Below are positions 23,160 through 32,773 of a stretch of 32,773 nt of DNA, one piece after another. Origin of the DNA: Octopus bimaculoides (Eukaryota); contig NC_068990.1 in the NCBI RefSeq assembly GCF_001194135.2, positions 90,145,179 to 90,177,951 of the forward strand, written 5' to 3'. The number at the start of each line of letters is the position of its first letter. Position 1 is the first letter of the stretch. The position numbers and the translations under genes were made by a program. The notes under the pieces are model-generated. The model was given only the letters and a program-made list of their open reading frames with translations. It was not told the DNA's origin and ran no database searches.

Positions 23160-23192
<33 letters not shown>

Positions 23193-23894
23193 TATAACTC
23201 CTTGTTGTACATATTAATGTATCATACTTGCTTGCAAGACGACGAGATGGCAAGTTCGTAGTACGTTGTTATACTTCACCTTCAGAGTTCAGTTTTGGCA
23301 AAGGTCAATTTTAATTTACTTTCTTTTTCTGTGTCGATAAAATAACATCCACACACACACACACACACACAGACACACACACGAACAAACATGCGCACAC
23401 ACGCACGCACATTCACACACATATAAAGCTTTGGATTAATCCAAGTAAATCAGAGCTTACTTTCTACGATGGAGTACCTAAGACGGAAACTATCCAGAAG
23501 AAATCTAACTGGATCCGCGCATACCTACGTGCTTCCACCTAAATACCTGTGACAAGCTCATGCTCATTTGCAAGCAGGTTGGCTCAAATCATTAACACAT
23601 TTTAAAACTGTGCGTTGGTATAGCAATTGTCGTTGGCACCCCTCGTTTATGCGCCATTTTATAGGTAGAGCTCTTTCCACAGCGCAACACTGCACCAGAA
23701 GAGGTACACCATCGTTTCTGCTGCGAGCCGCAGGCTGTCTATGCCCCAGTCCAATAGAATGCTTATACCGTCGGACAAAGTGCAGACGGATATCAGCAAA
23801 TATCTGCCTTGAATTAAATAATACGTGCGCTTAATGTTCCATCCAAGTCCTAGGTGTTGTTTCGTTACCAGGTCAGATGTCAACGAAATTGCAA

Positions 23895-24013
23895 AGCAAC
23901 GCGAGATTAAGTGTTTTTCTCAAGAACACAACTCACCACCCGGTTTAGGAATTGAAACCACGGTCCCGCTGTCGTGAGTGAAACACCCTAACCACTAGGC
24001 CATGCACCTTCAC
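23895..24013 (-). mobile_element. tRNA-derived SINE head fragment
   Basis: Minus strand gtgaaggtgcatggcctagtggttagggtg...ggtttcaattcc. Confidence 0.7.
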
Positions 24014-24019
24014 TATCTA

Positions 24020-24083
<64 letters not shown>

Positions 24084-24304
24084 CTTACATATATGCATAC
24101 ACATACATACACACACGCACGCGCGTACACAGACATATACACACAAACACACATACATACACACACGCACGCACGCACACATACATACACACACATAACA
24201 AATATGAATACATTTATGTATATTTAGGCAAATTGCCAGATTCATTTGAGCGTCAGATAAATGTTCTTGCGGAAAATGTTTCCGCTCTCTGGACTTGATC
24301 CCGA

Positions 24305-24420
24305 TAATTTACCTGGTAACTTATTAATGAACCCCAAAAATATGAAAAGCAGATTTGACCTCGGGGTCATTTGAACTCAGAGAGCAGAGAACCGGAATGT
24401 ATTTTACAAGGTATTCAATT
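24305..24420 (-). mobile_element. Highly decayed family A SINE
   Basis: Reverse complement ctgagttcaaatgaccccgaggtcaaatctgcttttcat. Confidence 0.5.
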
Positions 24421-24452
24421 TCACGTTCGAATGAATCTAAGAATTCGCCTGC

Positions 24453-24501
<49 letters not shown>

Positions 24502-25402
24502 CCTATATCTATATATATTACTCTACCTCTGGTATTTGAGTACTCTTTTTTCTACCTTGTTGCACATTGCATGTGCTTACTCCGGTATATCTATATATAT
24601 ATATATCTACACATACATAATACATACATACATATCTGTCTGTCTGCCTGTTTGTCTGTCTGTCTCTACTTATATATACACACATACATACATGGATACA
24701 TTCAACCACACACATATATATGCATATATTTTACATATGTGTATATATATATATGTGTATGTGTGTCTGTGTATATACATATAAAAACATTCACTCACAC
24801 ACACAGATACACGCACACAAGCTCACTCAACATAGGACAAATATACATGCGATGTTTGTACTCAATAACAGGGTATTCTGCGACAATTCTTGAAAAAGTA
24901 AAAACTAAATAAATAAAATAAACAAAACAAAACAAAAGTTTTCTCCCCCCCCCCCCGCTTTATTTTTTTCTTTTATAATCTTATGCTAACTTTCTTTTTC
25001 AGCCCTCACAGATTGCTTGCTTCAACACAGACTACAAAAATCTCCCAATCAACGATTGGTGGAAAGATGTTTTAGTTTACTTTATTTGTTATTTTTATTT
25101 ACGTTTTATTTTACTTCGTTTTTCCTAATTTAAAAAAAAAAATGTCGTCTGCTTTTTAGATATTTTTTTATTGTTACTCTTGTGTTATTTTTTTCGAATG
25201 TATCTNNNNNNNNNNTTCCTTTCTTCCTTCCGTCCTTCCTTTCGTCTTTTGTTTATTTGTTTCTTCTTTCGTCCTTTATTTCTTTGTTTCTTTCTCTCTT
25301 TGTTATTTCTTTGCTTTGTTTCTTCAGTTCTTAGAAGCAAAATCTCTCTCTCTCCCTCTCTCCTCTCTCTATCTCTCTCTCTATCTCTCTCTCTCTGCTC
25401 TT

Positions 25403-25434
<32 letters not shown>

Positions 25435-25540
25435 GTCTATGTGTGTGTGTCTGTCAGTATGAGTTACATTCTATTTGTCCAGTTTTTCTGTGTGTATACA
25501 TCTTTCTTCCGCTCTCTCACTTTTATGTTTATACAATACG

Positions 25541-25571
<31 letters not shown>

Positions 25572-25743
25572 AGAGACACATATACACATACATACGTACA
25601 TATCTGTATATGTATGCCTATAATGAGCATGAGCACCACTTTGGCTATCTATTCGTACTTTTATCCAGATATCTCGTCTTCTCCCTTTTAACTGTCTCTT
25701 TTCTCCACCCACTCACTCACTCACTCACTTACTCACTCGTTCA

Positions 25744-25744
<1 letters not shown>

Positions 25745-25779
<35 letters not shown>

Positions 25780-25850
25780 ATTTCTATCTGTCTGTCTTTC
25801 TGTCTGTCTGTCTTTCTGTCTGTCTATCTGTCTGTCTGTCTATCTGTTTA

Positions 25851-25883
<33 letters not shown>

Positions 25884-25940
25884 GTATGTACGTATGTATC
25901 TATCTGTGTGTCTGTGTATCTGTCTGTCTGCCTGTCTGTC
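25745..25940. repeat. (TATC)n grading into (TGTC)n
   Basis: Directly visible; it explains ORF 25475..26197. Confidence 0.95.
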
Positions 25941-26080
25941 TAAAATGTGATAAATCGATTGATTTCTCGGTCCGTCTGTCAGTTATTGAAATATCCATCT
26001 CGTTGTTTCTTCCTCGTCTGCCAGGCGCGCTGTTTTGCCCAGTCTCCCTTACAGTATTTACAATATTTACGGCCTTCCAA

Positions 26081-26297
26081 GGCGGAGCGCTGGCACAATC
26101 GTCAGCACACTGCGCAACATGCTTATCGGCATTTCATCTGTCATTACGTTCTAAGTTCAAATTCCGCCGTAATCGACGTCGCCTTTCATCCTTTTAGGAT
26201 CGATAAATTAAGTTCCAGTTATGCACTGGTATTGATGTAATCGTCTTACCCTCTCCCCGAAATTGCTGGCCCTGTACCAAAATTTGAAGAAACCAAT
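26081..26297 (+). mobile_element. Family A SINE
   Basis: Full head, body and tail. Possible TSD caatatttac at 26061-26070 and 26294-26303. Confidence 0.85.
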
Positions 26298-26496
26298 ATT
26301 TACACATTCGCTTATTTTGTTCTCTTCATTTTCAGCTTTCCGAATGCGAGAAAATGCAGCCTTCAAAGAAGCTAGCCTTTTAAAAACAGACTGAACTATA
26401 GATCGCCGATTTCGTGATCATTATAGTATGTATTATCCATACATGCAAGACAGATTAGACTGTCGGAAAAGAAAAATTCCTACCATCTAAATAACC

Positions 26497-26975
26497 TTAG
26501 ATGCTAAAAACTCTCCGAAGTATTCTAGCTGTCCCTGCTTTCTGGAGCTGCTCTAAAATAGGTTTTATGTCTATCACCTTTATCCGTCTGTTCAAATTTT
26601 TAGGGATAGTTCTTAATGCACCTGTAACTACAGGGAAACATTTTACCTGCACTTTCCATAGCCTCTGTTGCTCAATGGCCAGGTCTCAATACCTCTCATA
26701 TTGACTTTCTGATCAGTTAGAACTTTAAAGTCAATTATCTGGCACTTTCTATTCTAAATCAAGCTTTCTAACCTCTATAACTCTGTCAGTCCCAATGTTA
26801 GAATCCCACATTTCATATTTCCTGCTTTCCAGCATTTCACAAGGTTTATGTTCATACCATTTACCAGTATGGACAAATCCAAGCTTTCCACATAACTTCC
26901 AGTGGATTACTCTCCCTAGGTTGTCATGTCTATTCGTGTATTCTTTCTATGCCAGAATACAGCATTCATTATGTA
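26497..26975 (-). pseudogene. 3' end of an R4/Dong-type non-LTR retrotransposon (restriction-like endonuclease domain)
   Basis: YTNRHDNLGRVIHWKLCGKLG..KWYEHKP..MWDSNIGTDRVIEVRKLD ... PVVTGALRTIPKNL..LEQLQKAGTARILRRVFSI*. These match the RHD, WDxxIxTD, RPD-like and PVVIGALG motifs of REL-type LINEs. Confidence 0.9.
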
Positions 26976-27512
26976 TTTTATATTTGTTTTATATTTATTT
27001 ATATTTACACATATTTATACAGAAGGCAGAGAGTGGCACCTAGAATTGCCATTTGTTGAGATGTATGCAAAGGCCATCCATTTCCACTAACCCGTCTTCC
27101 TTCCATGACTAATTCATATATAATCCCAGTCCCCAAATGTATGTAATCACTGTAATTGCGGTCCATGTTTATTTGATTAGGAACCAATGGAATATACATT
27201 TATAATCAAAATTATATTAAGGTAATCAACGATAGCAATAACAGATTTTCATGTTCTATCGTATCATTATTATCACTCACTAAATGCATTTCAATGGCTC
27301 CAACCTACCCTAATATCAAAAATTATTGTTTATCAATAAACACTCGGTCCATACTTTAATAACCCCTCGGTTTATCCATAAATCTGTATATTCTTTTCTT
27401 AATTATTTTCTCCCTTTTCATTCCTTTTCTTATTTTTTCTTTCAACCTTTTTCTTCTTTTCACTTAATTCCTTTTTTATTCGTTCATTCTGTCACTATCG
27501 CTCTTCATATCC

Positions 27513-27577
27513 ACCCACCCATCCATCCATCCATCCATCCATCCATCCATCCATCCATCCATCCATCCATCCATCCA
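27513..27577. repeat. (CATC)n microsatellite
   Basis: Directly visible. Confidence 0.97.
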
Positions 27578-28539
27578 TGCAACAATTCTTCTATTGGTCC
27601 CTCTATTCATCTTCACATGTATCACGTGCTGCTGCTTTCGCTCGGTATATCTAAGTGTATATTCACTTCCACGATCCCGTGTAGCGCAAAAGATTTGCAA
27701 AATGAAAAGCGGTGTAGCATTATACAATATTACCGGGCCTCTTATAGAAAGTAAAGCCGATACAGAAGAAATCTGATCCTATTCCGTTTAAATCATGGGA
27801 AAACGGCGTAGGATGAGTTCCGTCTAAAAATCTTTCATGAAATGGTATTTTATTGTATTTTCACTGTTTGTTTCCTTTTTTATTCCTTGCTTGTAAATTC
27901 AAACGAATTTTCTGATTTATGTTATTGGAATATAATTCTATTCTCACATCGTTGTTTAATTGTGCCGATAGCTTGTTTGTTAAAGAAATATAAAACATAC
28001 GTGGGTGGTGAGTGCGAATACGTTTTTTCTTGGATGTTATTCCAAATCGTTTTATAGTTGTTATATTCTGAATCAGATAATCTTTTCTGTTTATGTGGAA
28101 GGAGAGCGTAAAACAACAGTGAGTATATAAATATTTATACAGCTAAATATGTATCATATCTAATGAAAGTACTTTCGCGATCTGGTGTGAAATGACGTGA
28201 TATATGAGACCCCTCTGCCAGTGCTGACGAAGTTTCGTCAACCAATATAATGCGTTTGTTTTAGCATTTAACGTATTTAATATATTAATATATATATATA
28301 AAAGTTCAAATTTCAAAAGCGATAAAAAAAAAATTGTAGAGGAATTGAACAGAAACACATAAAAACAATAGTGGAATTTAAATAAATAAAAACACAAAGA
28401 AATTACGCTAAAAATATTTTTCCTGTTAAATCAAAGATCATTGGAAACGGTTAAAATCAGTGGAAAATATAAACGAGCGAACTTATCTGACAATCTAATT
28501 CCTTCATTTTAATATGTTCCTAGGTAATTCGAAGGAAAT

Positions 28540-28755
28540 CCAAGGTGGCGAACTGGCAAAGTCGTTACTGATCCGGAAAAAATGGTTTGTGACATTTCTT
28601 CCGACTTCACGTTCTGAGTTCAAATGCCATTGGGTTCGACTTTGCCTTTCAAATTTTCGGGGTCGATTAAATAAATATTAGATGATCACTGGAATCGATG
28701 TAATCAATTTACCCCCGTCTACCGAACTTGCTGGCCTTGTGCCAAAATTTGAAAC
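28540..28755 (+). mobile_element. Family A SINE
   Basis: Full structure. 15-bp TSD with one mismatch: taattcgaaggaaat (28525-28539) / taattcgagggaaat (28756-28770). Confidence 0.9.
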
Positions 28756-29235
28756 TAATTCGAGGGAAATTTCGCTGTTATTTCTTTCTACCAGGTATAT
28801 TGTCACAGAAATTTTCAGGTTGTCTCAGTGGAGAACATAGAATTATTGCTTGTAGTTCAGTATTTATTTGATGCTGAAGTTTAATACATTCTCAATTCAG
28901 AGAGATAATCTCTTGTGGGAGATGGATTTCTTATTTAATATTTCATATAAATTTCCTGATTTGTCCGGGTGATATACATTTCTGATATATCTCCTGTTTT
29001 ATCTATTTACTACGCGCCTTTGATGTTCTATTCGTGCATCTTCTGAAAGTCTATTTCCTCTGTCATTACCAATTCCATAACTTCTAGTCTGCCTTAAGAT
29101 AATTCTTTGTATTTTCCTTTTCAATCGAAGAAACAATCTGTTATTTAAAATACCATTTTCTTCTCGAAAGCGCTGCCACCGCAGCTGTTTTAGTTTGATC
29201 AAACGCGCGTCAATATAGAAGACTCTATATTTATA

Positions 29236-29378
29236 GGTGTAGGAGTGGCTGTGTGGTAAGTAGCTTGCCTACCAACCACATGGTTCTGGGTTCAGTCCCA
29301 CTGCGTGGCACCTTGGGCAAGTGTCTTCTACTCAGCCTTGTGAGTGGATTTGGTAGACAGAAACTGAAAGAAGCCCGT

Positions 29379-29455
<77 letters not shown>

Positions 29456-29613
29456 NNNNNNNNNNNNNNNNNNNNNNNNNNNNNNNNNNNNNNNCGATAG
29501 AATAAGTACTAGGCTTACAAAGAATAAGTCCTGGGGTCGATTTGCTCGACTAAAGGCGGTGCTCCAGCATGGCCACAGTCAAATGACTGAAACAAGTAAA
29601 AGAGTAAAAGAGA
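29236..29613 (+). mobile_element. Family B SINE with expanded internal (TA)n(TG)n (contains a gap)
   Basis: Head, microsatellite and tail are collinear with 8901-9303. There is a short deletion in the head between two agcc motifs. Confidence 0.92.
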
Positions 29614-29844
29614 GTTCATGATACAGCCACGTTTCAGAAAATAAAGATGGATGACGCCCTTGTCACCCCCACCCCCAAACAGTCACCATGACTTCTTGTG
29701 CTGTTCCTTAACTCATGAACTTCTTAATACGTACAGAACATATATGACGCCATTTTATGGTTTCAGTTTTCGTTTCCGTATGAGACGTGTACACCCACAT
29801 TTCATCCCCTTTCACCATAACGAAAAAAAACCCCCAAGAAATTA

Positions 29845-30052
29845 AGGGGTCTTCATTGGTTTCAAGCATTTCCAGCACATAATAGCAGGTATATCGATCC
29901 CAGTGCGCAATTGGTACTTATTTTGTCGATCCCAATAAAAGATGAAAGGCAAAGTCGACCTCAGCAGAGTTGAACTGAGAATGTAAAGACGGATGAAATG
30001 TCGCAAAGAACTTTTTTCCGGCATGCTAACGATTCTGCTAGCTCGTTGCCTT
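29845..30052 (-). mobile_element. Family A SINE
   Basis: Reverse complement aaggcaacgagctagcagaatcgttagc...gaggtcgactttgcctttcatc...gacaaaataagtacc. Confidence 0.85.
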
Positions 30053-30789
30053 ATAATTTATACATATTGAGATTGAATAGGTTTAAATTGTAATAGTTAG
30101 AAGCGTGGTTCAATGAAAATGTGCCTGTATATAAAACGGAGGTGAAACGCAAGGAAGTGTGTCTAGATTTCGAAGAATAAATCTGAAGACAATGAACAAT
30201 GGATCTGAAGCAACCTATTTATCTTTACACACAAATGAAGAAAACTTTAAACCTGTATATTTTTAAATTCACAACGGGAAATTATACAAAACTATAAGCT
30301 TCCTTAAGTTCAAGTGAAAATAACGAAGTGCATTATTCTGTTTGTTTCGTTTTAGAAGAATTTATATGTACAACTGTTCGTATATACATATAAGGTAAAA
30401 GTTTTTAATTTTCATTCCCTTCCAAATTGCTCTTAAATGTGGTTTTGGACGTTTTGACTACTCCTTCTGGCATGTAAGGCTGCCTGTTAAGGGTCGCCTC
30501 TCTTGTGCTTAAATCTACACTAATTTTATATGGAAAATATGTTGTCTATTGACTGTTTATACATGCTAGGCCACTGGTAGTGAAATTTCTTAAATTTTGC
30601 TATCCTATATTAATTTATGCATACATACACATATTTATATATGTGTATGTATGCATAAATTAATACATACACACATTCATACACACACACACACACACAC
30701 GCACGCACATATATTCAGATACATATACATATGGTGTGTATATATGTGTGTATGTGTATGTGCATATACACACGCATTTATATCTAATA

Positions 30790-31765
30790 CTAGCAGAAAT
30801 ACCCGGCTTTGCCCGGGTTAAAGAGAATAATGAAATCTAAAAACGCCGTCTAGACTTTGCAACCCTCAACTGTTAGTAGCTACGATACCATATTTCTACA
30901 TTAATAACTCTCCAATCCATGCCAGCATGGAACATAGACATTAAGTGGAATGCCAGTCTCTCATCTAGGAGGGCCTTGAAATCAATATTACCAACTGGGG
31001 ACTATGTGTGTCGTAGTGATAATAAAAAGACCCAAAGGAGGTCTGCAACGAAATAATTTTACTCAACACTTTGCAAGTGAATCAGTGGAGGCAAAGATGC
31101 GTCTCATTTACTTGACAATTTATGCACCACATTGCAGAAATCACAATGTAAGTATATCTGAAAGGGTAGTCTTACANNNNNNNNNNNNNNNNNNNNNNNN
31201 NNNNNNNNNNNNNNNNNNNNNNNNNNNNNNNNNNNNNNNNNNNNNNNNNNNNNNNNNNNNNNNNNNNNNNNNNNNNNNNNNNNNNNNNNNNNNNNNNNNN
31301 NNNNNNNNNNNNNNNNNNNNNNNNNNNNNNNNNNNNNNNNNNNNNNNNNNNNNNNNNNNNNNNNNNNNNNNNNNNNNNNNNNNNNNNNNNNNNNNNNNNN
31401 NNNNNNNNNNNNNNNNNNNNNNNNNNNNNNNNNNNNNNNNNNNNNNNNNNNNNNNNNNNNNNNNNNNNNNNNNNNNNNNNNNNNNNNNNNNNNNNNNNGT
31501 ATCTGTCATTACAGTATCGAAATGTGATTGTTTCAGTTAGTAGAATAGTTTCATTTTTAAAGTGAAAGTATTTGACATGAGTGTTTTTGTTTCACTTTTG
31601 ACACGTAATACTTAAATAGTGGAGGAGATATTATGTTGCCGTGGGCTCGAACTCCACAAGAAGTTAATAATTTTTTTTGACTAAAACACAACTGGAACCC
31701 TAAGTAAGGCATCTGTAAAATTTGAATGAAATTGGTTGCGTAGTTCTCGAGTTTTAGGGATTCAC

Positions 31766-31796
<31 letters not shown>

Positions 31797-31822
31797 CACA
31801 TTCTCATTTTTATATATATAGA
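30790..31822 (-). mobile_element. Non-autonomous Helitron with both canonical termini
   Basis: The minus strand starts A|TC (31822) and ends CTAG|T (30790). GC hairpin acccgg-ctttgc-ccgggt at 30801-30818, no TSD, and a (CTGT)n tract near the 5' end. It has an internal gap. Confidence 0.85.
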
Positions 31823-32130
31823 TTAAGAACACAAAAAGAAATCTTTAAATGATGGTTACACTCAGCTGCTATTGTTTCTATGTATGACATTAAATGCATA
31901 AAGTTAAATTTTATACACAATTAAATATTATAGTATGATTTAAGCTATGATAAGAGATAATGCGGTAAGACAAATCGATATTGTATAAAATATTTAACTA
32001 AGGAACAGAAAGTCATTAGTGAAAAACGAAGGGAACATAATTTCTGTGTCAGAAAAGTTAAATGAAAGAAAATTAAAATTACTTAACCATAATGATGAAT
32101 GATGAACAGCTAGAATTTATTTTCTGTTAG

Positions 32131-32173
32131 ATGAATTTTGCAGAAAAGTACTCAATGATATTGATCTGCATTG
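32131..32173 (+). CDS. Candidate exon (DEFCRKVLNDIDLHW)
   Basis: Acceptor atttattttctgttAG, donor TTG|GTGAGT, 43 nt with an open frame. No homology recognised. Confidence 0.3.
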
Positions 32174-32773
32174 GTGAGTAGCACTGGCGTTCAGAAAGAA
32201 ATGATTTTGAAGATAGAAAACCGAGATTAATGTAAGATTATGAAAATATGACTTTACTGAAAGCTTTAGAAGTAAGCGTTAATAAGGTTAAACAGAAAAT
32301 GTAACCGGATTTTTAATAGCAAAATATTATTAACATTTCCGAATTATAATCAAACACTGTGCTATACGATGCTGATGAGATATTTGAAGTATAGTTGTTA
32401 CTTGTGGATAAATGATATTTTATACTAATAATATCTTATTAATATGTATGTGCTGATAAAAGGAAAGATACAATACTGTAATACGAATAAAAGTAGCTTA
32501 GACAATCAGGCAGTTCTTTAATTATTGCCGGCTTGCATCTTTGATATAAGTTATTAATTCTAAAAGATAAGAAAGTTTCTTAGGCGGAGATTATAATTGA
32601 GGTTTAAAGGAAAGGATGAATGTATATAAATAATGATTATGGCTTTAATCTGCTTATGTACTTGCACATTTGAAAGAGAAGTGATTTTGTTGGGAGGTAT
32701 TTGTAAGATTAAAGTTAATTTAGGAAAGCGAAGACGGTGACAGAGGTGAGTGTATTTATATATATATATATAT

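Overview
This is AT-rich, repeat-dense eukaryotic DNA with seven N gaps. The SINE families and microsatellite density point to an octopus (coleoid cephalopod) draft assembly; this is inferred from recalled repeat families, not from a search. There is no prokaryotic operon, CRISPR array, rRNA or intact tRNA, and the supplied ORFs are almost all microsatellite or gap artefacts. The supportable content is: (1) about 18 copies or fragments of modular tRNA-derived SINEs, several with visible target-site duplications; (2) a minus-strand stack at 8.9-12.3 kb of SINE, Helitron 5' fragment with a 23-aa STPR-like repeat, hAT transposase remnant and Penelope RT remnant; (3) a mariner 3' end, an R4-type LINE 3' end, a Helitron with both canonical termini (30790-31822) and a hammerhead-like motif; (4) an unexplained 89-bp, 90%-identical inverted repeat pair (6416-6504 / 8490-8578); (5) several low-confidence candidate exons of an unidentified host gene. 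I found no convincing new biological system. The best leads are the inverted repeat pair, the SINE module shuffling with target-site reuse, and the nested transposon stack.
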